DNA from: Candidatus Fimivivens sp. | GTDB lineage: Bacteria; Patescibacteriota; Minisyncoccia; Moranbacterales; UBA1568 | Reading direction: 5' to 3' | Assembly (NCBI GenBank): GCA_035560715.1 | Contig: DATMYW010000030.1 | Location: 1 to 52,901 of the forward strand | Length of the DNA stretch: 52,901 bases | Shown here: piece after piece, positions 9,047 to 18,638 of the stretch | Numbering within the stretch: position 1 is the stretch's first letter | Layout: every line of letters starts with the position of its first letter | The notes under the pieces: model-generated | The model's database searches: none | What the model saw: the letters and a program-made list of their open reading frames with translations, nothing else | Told to the model about the DNA's origin: nothing | Translations under genes and position numbers: made by a program

Positions 9047-9499
9047 CTACGGGGAAGTCAGCGTTTCGGTCACCTCATCCTGGATGCGGAACATCTCCGG
9101 TGAATGATCGTACCCAAGAAGATGCAATGTCCCATGAGAGACGACGAAGACGAGTTCCTTATTGAATGGGACGCCGTCACCCTCCGCCGCGCGACGAACG
9201 AAATCCGGCGAAATCACGAGGTCGCCGAGAGAGATACTCCCCTCGTCGTCGGGACGGATATCCTCCCCCTCGTGTTCCGAAAACGACAGCACATCGGTCG
9301 GCACGGCCTTGTCGCGATATGTCCGGTTGAGTTCCGCGATCGCCTCGTCGGTCACGAGCGCGATGCCGACGGACACGGTGTTCGACGAAGACAGGGACGG
9401 TATCCCCGAACGGGATATCGTCTCTTTCACGACCGCCTCGAAAAAGGCGTCGTCTTCTTCACAGCCCGCGCTCCTCACGATATCGAGATCGAAGTCCAT
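9047..9499 (-). CDS. ybeY: rRNA maturation endoribonuclease YbeY
   Basis: Zinc motif HGTLHLLGYDH. Confidence 0.9.
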   Translation of the reverse strand: MDFDLDIVRSAGCEEDDAFFEAVVKETISRSGIPSLSSSNTVSVGIALVTDEAIAELNRTYRDKAVPTDVLSFSEHEGEDIRPDDEGSISLGDLVISPDFVRRAAEGDGVPFNKELVFVVSHGTLHLLGYDHSPEMFRIQDEVTETLTSP

Positions 9500-9567
9500 G
9501 AACGTCCGTTCGTGACCGGAATCGCCGGTCCCGTTTCAAAAAAATCTCCGCAAAACGTGTGGCATAT

Positions 9568-9599
9568 GGAAGTCCGACTCCCATGGGATTCGGACTTCC
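9568..9599. repeat. 32-nt palindrome, copy 2 (one mismatch)
   Basis: GGAAGTCCGACTCCC-AT-GGGATTCGGACTTCC, downstream of the yqeY-like gene. Confidence 0.9.
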
Positions 9600-9607
9600 A
9601 TCGAAAA

Positions 9608-10063
9608 TCACTCCGCGAGCGCCTCCTCCACGAACCGTTTCACGGTGTTGCCGTCGGCACGGCCCGCAACCTTCTTCGACGCGGCCCCCATAAGCTTCCC
9701 GAAGTCGGCCTTCGACGCGGCACCGGTCTCGGCTTTCGTCTCGGCGACAATCTTCCGGATCTCATCGTCCGGAAGATTCGCCGGGAGGTACGCGCCGATG
9801 AACGCGAGTTCGGCCTCTTCCTTCTGTGCGAGGTCCTCGCGTCCGCCCGCACGATAGCTTTCCGCGCTTTCGCGCCGTTGCTTCGAGAGTCGCCTCAGTA
9901 CGGCGACCGCTTCCTGATCGGAAAGTTCGGTCACCGGCTTACGCAGCTCGATCGCCTCATTCTTGAGGGCGCTGCCGATCATGCGGATCACGTCGCGGCG
10001 AGCGGCATCTCCCGCCTTCATTGCCTCCTTGAGGTCGCTCTGGATCGTTTCGTAGAGTGTCAT
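9608..10063 (-). CDS. GatB/YqeY-domain protein
   Basis: MTLYETIQSDLKEAMKAGD start is typical of the family. The ORF extends to ATG 10114, 3 nt after the rpsU stop, which is an alternative start. Confidence 0.75.
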   Translation of the reverse strand: MTLYETIQSDLKEAMKAGDAARRDVIRMIGSALKNEAIELRKPVTELSDQEAVAVLRRLSKQRRESAESYRAGGREDLAQKEEAELAFIGAYLPANLPDDEIRKIVAETKAETGAASKADFGKLMGAASKKVAGRADGNTVKRFVEEALAE

Positions 10064-10117
10064 AGCGTCATGACGGGAAAACGAACCCGCACCCTTCAAA
10101 GAGTGCGGGAACATCCC

Positions 10118-10372
10118 CTAGCGGTTGAGTTTCTTCTTGATTTCGCGGAGCGACTCATCGTCGAACTTCCCGAATTTCTTCAGACGACCGATCTCCTTGC
10201 GGATCTTCGTCTTGTAGAGCGCCTCATTTCGACGCTCCGTCTTGCTCTTTTCCTCGCGGCGGAAGCGGAGCTTGCGCGCGCGCTGCAGGGTGCCACTCTG
10301 CTGGACGCGCCGCGAAAAACGGCGGATCATGCTTTCCGGCGTCTCTTTCTCTTTCTTGCGTACCTGGATCAT
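10118..10372 (-). CDS. rpsU: 30S ribosomal protein S21
   Basis: 84-aa basic protein, IRRFSRRVQQSG...RRFRREEK pattern. Confidence 0.85.
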   Translation of the reverse strand: MIQVRKKEKETPESMIRRFSRRVQQSGTLQRARKLRFRREEKSKTERRNEALYKTKIRKEIGRLKKFGKFDDESLREIKKKLNR

Positions 10373-10431
10373 GTGAACCGACCTCCTTTCTGGTGATGCT
10401 GATTAGCCTCTCCTTCTCCTCTGAAAAATCC

Positions 10432-10785
10432 TTATTTTACGGGATGGATCCCTTCCGAGAGCCTCGCTCCGCCCAACAGGTGCAGATGGATATGCGGGAT
10501 TTCCTGCCCGCCGTCATGCCCCACCCGGAACAGCAGTTTATACCCTTTCCCGGAAATGTTCAAGTCCCGGGCGATATCGCGCGCCGCGAGGATCATCCGA
10601 CCGGCGAGCCCCGCATCGTCGTCTCCGAGGTCGTTGATGGAAACGATCCGCCGTTTCGGGATGATCAGGATATGCACCGGCGCGAGCGGATGAATATCAC
10701 GGAACGCGATCAACTCGTCGGTCTCAAACACGATGACGGCCGGAACCTCACGCCGTATGATCTTGTCGAATACGGTCTCCTCCAT
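10432..10785 (-). CDS. HIT-family nucleotide hydrolase
   Basis: Histidine triad HIHLHLLGG. Confidence 0.9.
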   Translation of the reverse strand: MEETVFDKIIRREVPAVIVFETDELIAFRDIHPLAPVHILIIPKRRIVSINDLGDDDAGLAGRMILAARDIARDLNISGKGYKLLFRVGHDGGQEIPHIHLHLLGGARLSEGIHPVK

Positions 10786-10796
10786 GTCGGATAATG

Positions 10797-12266
10797 CTAT
10801 TTCTCAGGTTTCACCGACGTCGGATGGGCGAGCGCGACGTTCGTCTTGAGGATCTTCTTCACCGCGTCGGTGAGCTTCTCCTGTGTCACGGTCTCCTGCG
10901 TCCCCGACATCATATCCTTTACGATGGCAGTTCCGTCGAGCGCCTCCTTCTGCCCGAGAATTATCGTCACGTCGACGCCGAGCCTCGAGGCTACCCGCAT
11001 CTGCGCCTTGAGACTCCCGCGTCCGAAGCTTTCTGCCGCGAGTATTCCGTGTTTCTCGAGCTCCGCGAACAGCCGGAGACTCTTCTTCTTCGCGAGGTCG
11101 CCGAGCTGCGCGAGGAACACGCGCGGCTTCGGAAATTCGTACGGCCGGACCTGGGTCCGTTTCATCTCGAGGACGATCCGATCGAGACCGAGGCCAAACC
11201 CGATCGCCGGCGTCGGCTCACCGCCGAGCTCCTGTATGAGATTATCGTACCGACCGCCGCCACCCAGTGCATACTTTTTTCCTTCACGGTCGGTCGACCA
11301 GATCTCGAAGACGGTCCGGGTATAGTAGTCGAGGCCGCGGACGAGGCGCGGATTGATCGAATACGGGAGCTCGAGCTCGTCGAGATACTCGAGGAGCGAC
11401 TTGAAGTGTGCTCGGCTCTCGTCATCGAGGAAGTCCAGCGCCTGCGGGGCCTGCGAGGTCATCTGGACACACTTGTCCTCCTTGCAATCGAGGATGCGCA
11501 TGGGATTGGTGACGAGCCGCTCACGGCACGCCTGGCAGAGCTTCTGCTTTTGCGACTCGAGGAAGCGGACCAGGGCCTTTTCATAGCGCTTGCGCGACTC
11601 GGGCGTCCCGATCGAGTTCACCTGGAACTCGACGTCCTTGAGACCGAGTTCGCGGACGACCCGATACGCGATCTGGAGTACCTGTGCGTCAAGAATCGGG
11701 TCCGCTTCGCCGAAGACCTCGAAGTCACCCTGCCAGAGTTCACGATAACGTCCTTCCTGTGGTCGGTCATACCGGAACACCGGCCCCATGGAAAAAAGCC
11801 GGATCGGCTTCGGCAGGACGCTCATCCCGTGCTGGATATAGGCGCGACCGATACCGGCCGTGAATTCCGGCCGCAACGCGACGCGATCGCCGCCGCGGGT
11901 CTGAAACGAATAAATCTCCTTGTCGATAATGTCGGTTCCCTCCTTGATCGAGCGAATGAACAGATGAAGGTATTCGACTGTCGGCGTGTCGATGCGCTGG
12001 AATCCGTATTCCTGTGCGGCCGATGACAGGCTCCTTCTCACGCGCTCCCAGTACGGCTGTTCGTCGGGCAGGATATCGCGCATCCCGCGCAACGACTGCA
12101 TTAGGAGTTCATTCTCGGTCACGAGCGGAGCGGGCGCGATCTTCGTCGGCGGCTTCTTCTCCGTCTTCGTCGCGGATTTCTTCGTGGCGGGTTTGGCGCT
12201 TTTCGCGACGGTCTTCTTCGGGCTCATAGGCGGACAGGCTAATACTTGCGGATTTATCGGAGACAC
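10797..12266 (-). CDS. hisS: histidine--tRNA ligase with a K/A/P/T-rich N-terminal extension
   Basis: Class II motifs LRGMRDILP, FRYDRPQEGRYRE, GGGGRYD. About 50 extra N-terminal residues. Confidence 0.9.
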   Translation of the reverse strand: MSPINPQVLACPPMSPKKTVAKSAKPATKKSATKTEKKPPTKIAPAPLVTENELLMQSLRGMRDILPDEQPYWERVRRSLSSAAQEYGFQRIDTPTVEYLHLFIRSIKEGTDIIDKEIYSFQTRGGDRVALRPEFTAGIGRAYIQHGMSVLPKPIRLFSMGPVFRYDRPQEGRYRELWQGDFEVFGEADPILDAQVLQIAYRVVRELGLKDVEFQVNSIGTPESRKRYEKALVRFLESQKQKLCQACRERLVTNPMRILDCKEDKCVQMTSQAPQALDFLDDESRAHFKSLLEYLDELELPYSINPRLVRGLDYYTRTVFEIWSTDREGKKYALGGGGRYDNLIQELGGEPTPAIGFGLGLDRIVLEMKRTQVRPYEFPKPRVFLAQLGDLAKKKSLRLFAELEKHGILAAESFGRGSLKAQMRVASRLGVDVTIILGQKEALDGTAIVKDMMSGTQETVTQEKLTDAVKKILKTNVALAHPTSVKPEK

Positions 12267-12269
12267 GGA

Positions 12270-12914
12270 TTATCGATACCATGCGGCACGCGACAACGGC
12301 CACGCACGCAGGAGCACCCGTCCCACGACGAGCTTCCTGTCCACGGCGCCGAAAACGCGCGAATCGAGACTGTTCATGCGGTTATCACCAAGTACGAAAT
12401 ACTGGCCGTGCCCGAGCGTGAGCGGTTTCATGTCGGTCGTCAGGACCGACGGCGCGAGGTAGGAGGACTCGTCGAGCACGAAACCGTCCGGATGCGCGTC
12501 GTTCTCGATGATGATCTTGGAATGTTCGATGCGGACCGTCTCGCCGGGAAGCCCGATGACGCGCTTGATGAGATAGATACCGTGCTCCTGTGGCGAACGG
12601 AATACGATGGGTTGCTGCCGCGGCAACGATTCGATCGACGGGACCGTAAAGATCGGCTGCCCGGGCAACCCCACCTCGGTCTGTTTGAAACCGAGTTCGT
12701 TCACCACGAGGTATTCCCCGTTCTCGAAATTCGGCACCATGCTCGAACCCTGCACGAAGAACGGCTGGAAGAGAAAGACGCGGACTGGTATGATGATGAC
12801 GGCGGCAAGGAGAAACACTTTCACCATTTCAAGGAAGAATTGTCCTCCGGATAGCTCCTCCGAGGTGTCTCTGTCGCGTTTCGAAAGATCGGATCGCTCG
12901 GGATTCGTCGTCAT
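12270..12914 (-). CDS. lepB: signal peptidase I
   Basis: GSSMVPN (Ser box), KRVIGLPGE (Lys box), GDNRMNSLDSR. Confidence 0.9.
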   Translation of the reverse strand: MTTNPERSDLSKRDRDTSEELSGGQFFLEMVKVFLLAAVIIIPVRVFLFQPFFVQGSSMVPNFENGEYLVVNELGFKQTEVGLPGQPIFTVPSIESLPRQQPIVFRSPQEHGIYLIKRVIGLPGETVRIEHSKIIIENDAHPDGFVLDESSYLAPSVLTTDMKPLTLGHGQYFVLGDNRMNSLDSRVFGAVDRKLVVGRVLLRAWPLSRAAWYR

Positions 12915-13114
12915 AGGGTCGAAGTCATCAAGAAGGACGGGTCCTTCGCGAATAAGCGACTCACTCAGATGTCACATCGATCCGCGCACCCGGAAAGCGG
13001 GATGCGTTCCGCCCGGAACCGCGGTGAGATGCGAGGTGGGTCACGAAGATAACGAGGCCATAATATCACGTTTTCGACCCGGAATCAAGTGTCCCGAAGA
13101 ATCGGAAAAATGCC

Positions 13115-14560
13115 ATGTCCAAGGGAAAGATAACAGTAAAATACCTCTTCCTCGCCCTAGGTGCATTCTTGGCGTTCGGAGTGATCTTCTTCGGTATCCG
13201 CGTCTTTCGGACCGCGGAAAAGATCCACGTCGACAATGCGTCCTCGTCCGGAGCCTTCGGAAACCTCGCTTCCGTTCTTCCAGGTGGAAGGCGCGAGCCA
13301 CTCAAGGGCGAGGAAAACGGGCGGATCAACATCCTGCTCCTTGGTCGCGCCGGGAAAAACTATCCTGGCCAGAATCTGACCGACACCATCATGCTCGCGA
13401 GCATCGACACCCGTGAACATCGTGCCGCGTTCCTCTCCATACCGCGCGATCTGTTCGTACCGATCCCGGGTTCGGGCCTGTACACCAAACTCAACTCCGT
13501 CTACCAGTACGGACTCAATCAGGGAAACGGTGCGGATGCGGTCATCAGTGCCGTGGAAGAACTGACCGGACAGGACATCCCCTACTATGCCGCGCTTGAT
13601 TTCGACGGATTCGAAAAGGTTATCGACGACATCGGCGGCATTCGCGTCGAATCGACACGCGACATCCTCGACACCCGCTATCCTGGAAAAAATTATAGCT
13701 ACGAGACGTTCGAGCTTTCGGCCGGATGGCATACGCTCGACGGGGCGACGGCGCTCAAATACGCCCGGGAACGGCACGGCGACCCCGAAGGCGACTTCGG
13801 CCGGGCGAAACGCCAGCAGCAGATCATAAGGGCGTTTCAGGAAAAGGCCCTTTCGATCAGGACATACCTCGACGTTTTTACCGCGAACCGGCTGCTCGAC
13901 ACCCTGGGAGACAGCGTCCGGACGAATCTGACGATGAGCCAGATCGGGAGTCTTATCGAGATAGGAAAGACGACGGATCTCCGCAACGCCTCGGCGGCGG
14001 TCGTCGACGCGTGGAAAAAGGAGAGTCTCCTCAGGGTCTCGCATATGGACATGAACGGGGTCCGGGCGTTCATTCTCGTTCCGCGGACCGGAAACTGGAA
14101 TGAGATCCGCGACCTCGCATCCCACATCTTCGACAAGGAAGCGCTCGACCGCAAACGCGCGACCATACAAGACGAGTCCGCGTCGATCCTCGTCCTCGCA
14201 CGGCCGGAGGACACCACGTTCGCGAACCGTTTCGCCGCCTCACTCAGGGATGCGCTTCCCGCCAAAGATATCCGTGTCACGACGGACGTGAACCTTGTCC
14301 GTCCCGAACAGAGCCGAGTCGCAGACCGGACGAACCTGGGAAAACCGTTCACGTTCGATGCTCTCATCGGCGCCTTCTCGCTTTCGAAGACGGATGACGT
14401 GCCCGCCCTGCCGGCTTCGGGACCGTCACCCGATTTCGTCGTCACGATCGGCAACGATCAGCGGAGCCATCCGCTGCCCGAAACCTCGCTCGGGAGCGAT
14501 TCGTCCGACTCGGCGGGCGACGATCCCTTCTCCGAATATTTCGAACCGAAAGCACGATAG
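13115..14560 (+). CDS. LytR-CpsA-Psr (LCP) family cell-envelope phosphotransferase
   Basis: N-terminal TM helix, then INILLLGRAG...TDTIMLASID...LSIPRDL...ALDFDGFEKVIDDIGGI. Confidence 0.85.
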   Translation: MSKGKITVKYLFLALGAFLAFGVIFFGIRVFRTAEKIHVDNASSSGAFGNLASVLPGGRREPLKGEENGRINILLLGRAGKNYPGQNLTDTIMLASIDTREHRAAFLSIPRDLFVPIPGSGLYTKLNSVYQYGLNQGNGADAVISAVEELTGQDIPYYAALDFDGFEKVIDDIGGIRVESTRDILDTRYPGKNYSYETFELSAGWHTLDGATALKYARERHGDPEGDFGRAKRQQQIIRAFQEKALSIRTYLDVFTANRLLDTLGDSVRTNLTMSQIGSLIEIGKTTDLRNASAAVVDAWKKESLLRVSHMDMNGVRAFILVPRTGNWNEIRDLASHIFDKEALDRKRATIQDESASILVLARPEDTTFANRFAASLRDALPAKDIRVTTDVNLVRPEQSRVADRTNLGKPFTFDALIGAFSLSKTDDVPALPASGPSPDFVVTIGNDQRSHPLPETSLGSDSSDSAGDDPFSEYFEPKAR

Positions 14561-14778
14561 GTGCGTCAAAGCACGAAGCACTGCACACAGACGACCAGAC
14601 ACGACACAAAAAACGAACGCGGAACGAACGTATCCTCAGATGCTCTCGTGCCACTATTTATCGTTTTGATTCCCGTTTGTGCTCTCTGCTTTCGGGCTTC
14701 GTGATTTATTCGGTTTTTTGTTCTTTGTGCCCTGTGCTTTTTGTTGTGCTATCATGATAACCGTATATCGAACCGCCT

Positions 14779-15297
14779 ATGCGTCTCATCGTCGGACTCG
14801 GTAACCCGGGGACAGAATACGAAAAGACCCGACACAATGCCGGGTTCCTGTTGCTCGATTTCCTGCGCGAAGCGTGGGGGTTCGAACCGTTCCAACCGAC
14901 ACCGAAATGGAAGGGTTCCGTTTCGGCCGGAATGCGCGATGGACAGAAAGTCATCCTCCTCAAGCCGGAGACCTTCATGAACCGCTCCGGCGAGTCCGTC
15001 CGGTCGATAATGGTTTTCTTCAAACTCGTGCCGGCAGACATCATCGTCCTCCACGACGACCTCGACATCGCACCGGGAACGTTCAAGGAAGCATTCGGAT
15101 CGGGAGCCGCCGGGCACAACGGCGTCGCGGATCTCATCGAGAAACTCGGCACCAAGGATTTCACCCGTATCCGTATCGGCATCGGCCGGCCGCCCGAGAA
15201 CGTCCCCGCCGACGCGTTCGTCCTCGCGCCATTCTCGGAGGTAGAAATACAAACGTTCAAAACTATATTTCCTGAAATCGAAAAAGGACTCCGATAA
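14779..15297 (+). CDS. pth: peptidyl-tRNA hydrolase
   Basis: MRLIVGLGNPG..YEKTRHNAGF, HDDLD, GHNG. Confidence 0.93.
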   Translation: MRLIVGLGNPGTEYEKTRHNAGFLLLDFLREAWGFEPFQPTPKWKGSVSAGMRDGQKVILLKPETFMNRSGESVRSIMVFFKLVPADIIVLHDDLDIAPGTFKEAFGSGAAGHNGVADLIEKLGTKDFTRIRIGIGRPPENVPADAFVLAPFSEVEIQTFKTIFPEIEKGLR

Positions 15298-15369
15298 AAA
15301 ATCCGCTCACAAATGAAAAGACCGGGCTCCGTTACGGATACCCGGCTTTTCTGTCTTTCGCGCGGAACA

Positions 15370-16167
15370 CTACACCTTGAGAAGAATGGCATTGTCGTCA
15401 GTCAAAAAACCGCGCTCTATACCAACCGACTCCAGGAACATCTCATGTCCCCTGAAAGCGAAGGAGAGCGAATGCTCAAAATGTACGCAATGCACGTTTC
15501 CGCTTCCCAGATTCGGGAAAAGCCTTGGCTCCAGAATGGAATCCGCCAGGAAGAGCGAGTGCCACCGTACCATGAAATTCACGAGCTCTTCGACGGAGAC
15601 GCTTTGCGACGGATCTTCGTGTCGAAGCGGCTCGATAAGATCGTTCCTGTCTTTACGTGAATTCTTGCAGTGCCGATGGGAGCGCCAGAACACGAACGAT
15701 TCGTCGGAGAACGGATGATCCCGCTCCCACTCCAAGTACGCACGTCTCTCCTCGTACAAGGCCTTGGTATCGTACAGTGACACGATCCGATCACCGGGAT
15801 GACCCACTTCCTGCAGGAGCATCATCTCATGCGAATCGGTGATACGAAGCGGCTCCGGACTCCGGAATCCGATACCGGCGTCCTGCAGGAACCGCACCGC
15901 CTCGGCTTCCGAAAGGCTGACCGAAAACGGCAGATGGATATCACGGATGAAACCGTACCCCGACGACGGCTCGGAGTCGTATACCGGATACCCGCCAAGT
16001 TGTACCAGGTTCTTGGAATATCTTTTCCAGACTTTCTCGATCCATGCGGCGTGTCGTACGACCATGACCTTGCTGTCCCCTTTCTCGATACCTTCGAGCG
16101 CGCGCTCTCCACCAAGTTGCTCGATGATTTTTTCCAGAGCCGCTTGACCTGACGTGATAATAGACAT
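15370..16167 (-). CDS. hypothetical protein
   Basis: 265-aa ORF filling the pth-efp gap. No motif recognised. Confidence 0.6.
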   Translation of the reverse strand: MSIITSGQAALEKIIEQLGGERALEGIEKGDSKVMVVRHAAWIEKVWKRYSKNLVQLGGYPVYDSEPSSGYGFIRDIHLPFSVSLSEAEAVRFLQDAGIGFRSPEPLRITDSHEMMLLQEVGHPGDRIVSLYDTKALYEERRAYLEWERDHPFSDESFVFWRSHRHCKNSRKDRNDLIEPLRHEDPSQSVSVEELVNFMVRWHSLFLADSILEPRLFPNLGSGNVHCVHFEHSLSFAFRGHEMFLESVGIERGFLTDDNAILLKV

Positions 16168-16268
16168 GTTTTCCCTCCTGTTGCCGATAGGTTAGCAAAA
16201 GTACTGATTGTTAAGGTGAATCGGGACTCTATAGCATTAATGCGGGACTGTCAAACGTCCCGCTACCG

Positions 16269-16293
16269 AAAACCGCCCCGGAGGGCGGCTTTT
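16269..16293. terminator. bidirectional hairpin after efp
   Basis: AAAA-CCGCCC-CGGA-GGGCGG-CTTTT. Confidence 0.7.
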
Positions 16294-16318
16294 CTATCGT
16301 CAGTTATCGGTCGGATTC

Positions 16319-16876
16319 CTACGCCCGCGAGACGTACGCGCCTTTCTCGGTATTCACGATGACCCGGTCGCCGGCGGAGATGAAGAGCGGCACGGTCAGC
16401 TTGAGACCGTTCTCGAGCGTGACGACCTTGTCGCCGCCAGAAGCGGTGTCGCCCTTGATGCCCGGAGGCGCCTCCTTCACGGAAAACTCCATCTTCACCG
16501 GGAGCTCCACGTTGATCGCCCGCCCACCGTAGTTGAGGACAGTCACGTCGGTCCCCTCGATCAGGTATTTCGCCGCGTCACCGAGCACGTCCGACTGGAG
16601 CGCGAACTGTTCGTAGCTCTCGCCGTCCATGAACTGGTACTCATCGCCTTCGCGGTAGAGGTACTGCGCGGACGACTTCGCGGTCTCCGCCTCCTCGAAC
16701 TTGTCCTTGTCCTGGAACGTGTACTCGATCGTCGCCCCGGTCAGGATGTTCTTGAGTTTCGTGCGCATGACCGCGCCGGCACGGCCGGTCTTGGAATGCT
16801 GGTAGTCGAGCACGACGAACGGCTGTCCGTCCCACACGATCTTCTTTCCGGTCTTGATGTCGCTGAGTCCGAGCAT
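16319..16876 (-). CDS. efp: elongation factor P
   Basis: KTGKKIVWDGQPFVVLDYQHSKTGRAGAVMRTKLKN and 185-aa length. Confidence 0.95.
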   Translation of the reverse strand: MLGLSDIKTGKKIVWDGQPFVVLDYQHSKTGRAGAVMRTKLKNILTGATIEYTFQDKDKFEEAETAKSSAQYLYREGDEYQFMDGESYEQFALQSDVLGDAAKYLIEGTDVTVLNYGGRAINVELPVKMEFSVKEAPPGIKGDTASGGDKVVTLENGLKLTVPLFISAGDRVIVNTEKGAYVSRA

Positions 16877-16937
16877 AGATTCAGTCTAAAGTCAAAAGTC
16901 GAAAGGCCGCAAAGTCATCCCGTATCGGAACGGAACC

Positions 16938-17147
16938 CTACTTCACCACGTACGGGATGAGTCCCATGAACCGCGCGCGCTTGATCGCGAGCGCGACATC
17001 CTTCTGCTGCTTCGCCGACAGGCCATGGCGCTTCGGCGGATAAATCTTCCCTTGGGAGTTCAAAAACTTCCGGAGAAAATAGGCATCCTTGTAGTCAAGA
17101 TGCTCGAGTTTCTTCTGCATCGCGTCTTCCATAGATATGATATTCAA
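16938..17147 (-). CDS. rpsR: 30S ribosomal protein S18
   Basis: 69 aa, DYKD..LRKF....GKI.P.R..GL..K.Q pattern, in the rpsF-ssb-rpsR cluster. Confidence 0.9.
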   Translation of the reverse strand: MNIISMEDAMQKKLEHLDYKDAYFLRKFLNSQGKIYPPKRHGLSAKQQKDVALAIKRARFMGLIPYVVK

Positions 17148-17212
17148 ACGGATTATCTCAACCGACCCGTTTCTTCGTTGTCAGTTGTCGGTTATAAGTC
17201 GTACGTTCTTCC

Positions 17213-17734
17213 CTAGAACGGGACGTCCTCGATCCGGACCTCGTCCTTTTCATCGTCGAGATTGATGGTCGGAATCTCCTCCTCGACCGGCTCCGGCTTG
17301 TGCGCGGCCGGATGCGACGGGACCGAGGTCCGTCCGGCGGACGATCCCTGCTGCTGGTATCCGCCCTGTCGCGGCGCGTATCCACCTCCCTGGCCCTGGC
17401 TTCCCTGCGGACGGGAACCGATCTGCATCGACTCGCCGACGATCTCGGTCGTCTTGCGCTCGACACCGTCCTTGCCGACGAACGAACGGGTCTGCAGCCG
17501 CCCTTCGAAAAAGGCTTCGCTTCCCTTCGTCAGATACTGGCCCGCGATTTCCGCGAGTCGGCCCCACAGGACGACCGTATGGAACTCGGTCTTCTCCTGC
17601 TTCTGTCCGGCCTTGTCCACCCAGCGATGGTTCGTCGCGAGACCGATCGTCGCCACCGTCTGTCCGGTCTGTGTCGTCCGGACATCGGGATCGCGCGTCA
17701 GGCGACCCACCAGGATCACTCGGTTCACGTTCAT
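17213..17734 (-). CDS. ssb: single-stranded DNA-binding protein
   Basis: NRVILVGRLTRDPDVR OB-fold start, G/Q-rich linker, acidic tail ending DVPF. Confidence 0.93.
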   Translation of the reverse strand: MNVNRVILVGRLTRDPDVRTTQTGQTVATIGLATNHRWVDKAGQKQEKTEFHTVVLWGRLAEIAGQYLTKGSEAFFEGRLQTRSFVGKDGVERKTTEIVGESMQIGSRPQGSQGQGGGYAPRQGGYQQQGSSAGRTSVPSHPAAHKPEPVEEEIPTINLDDEKDEVRIEDVPF

Positions 17735-17865
17735 ATGATTTTCGGTTACCCGATTATGGACTATCGATATTTCGAAATACGAAATGCGGATTGCGAAATC
17801 GTCCGCCCTCTTCCCTGTTCCCTGTTTCCGACTTTCGATTTTCGACTTTTTGCTTTCGCCTTCTT

Positions 17866-18450
17866 CTAAATGTCGAGTACTTCCTTCAGCTGCTTGTCGA
17901 GGTCTTCCTGTGAGATCGGCTTTTTGTCGCTTGCCGCCGCCTTCACCTCCTCAGCATTCTCTTCCGTCTTCTCTTCCATCACGGCCGGTTTCTCGGTGCG
18001 GACCGGCTCGACGGCCCGCCGCTCGGAACCGCGATCGGAAAAGCGCCGTCCACCACCGCTCCGGCGATCATCCCGACGAATCGGCTTCGGACGCTCCTCG
18101 CGCGGGATGGCCTTGAGCTCCGGCAGGCCGTCCGCCCGAACGATAAGGAAGCGGGAAACCGCGTTGTAGAGCTGGAGCGCCTTGGTGATCCCATCAATCA
18201 CGTTCTCCTTGTCCTGCATCCCCTCTCCGGTCTCCGGCATCGAGAATCTCCTCGCGACATAGGTCCCGCGGCGCTCGCTCCTGATCTCATAGGCGAGATT
18301 CCGTTTTTCCTCCGTCTCTTCCGAAAGGAAGGTCCCTCCGAAATCCGTCACGATCTTTTCCACGTCCTCGCGGATCTTCGGAAGCTCGGCTTCCTTTGAA
18401 TCCCCGACGAGATAGAACAGTTCGTACTCCCTCGTTTCCTTCGCTGCCAT
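17866..18450 (-). CDS. rpsF: 30S ribosomal protein S6 with a long C-terminal extension
   Basis: YELFYLV start, position upstream of ssb-rpsR, roughly 90 extra C-terminal residues. Confidence 0.85.
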   Translation of the reverse strand: MAAKETREYELFYLVGDSKEAELPKIREDVEKIVTDFGGTFLSEETEEKRNLAYEIRSERRGTYVARRFSMPETGEGMQDKENVIDGITKALQLYNAVSRFLIVRADGLPELKAIPREERPKPIRRDDRRSGGGRRFSDRGSERRAVEPVRTEKPAVMEEKTEENAEEVKAAASDKKPISQEDLDKQLKEVLDI

Positions 18451-18572
18451 AGGGTATCACTCAACGAATTAATCATCGTAAAACCGCCAAAGAGAGCCCC
18501 TTCGCGGTTTCTGCCCGCCCTGGTCTCCTTGCGGAGCGGGGCGAAGCGTCGGACTTTCTCTCTTGTGACCGG

Positions 18573-18601
18573 ATACTAACAGGGATTCACGGACTTGGCA
18601 A
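18573..18601 (-). promoter_or_regulatory. promoter of the rpsF-ssb-rpsR operon
   Basis: Minus strand TTGCCA, 17 nt, TAGTAT. It leaves a ~115-nt leader containing hairpin AAACCGC-N16-GCGGTTTT (18480..18510). Confidence 0.5.
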
Positions 18602-18638
18602 GTGGCGACAGCATTTCGGTCATCCGAACCGCGTGACC

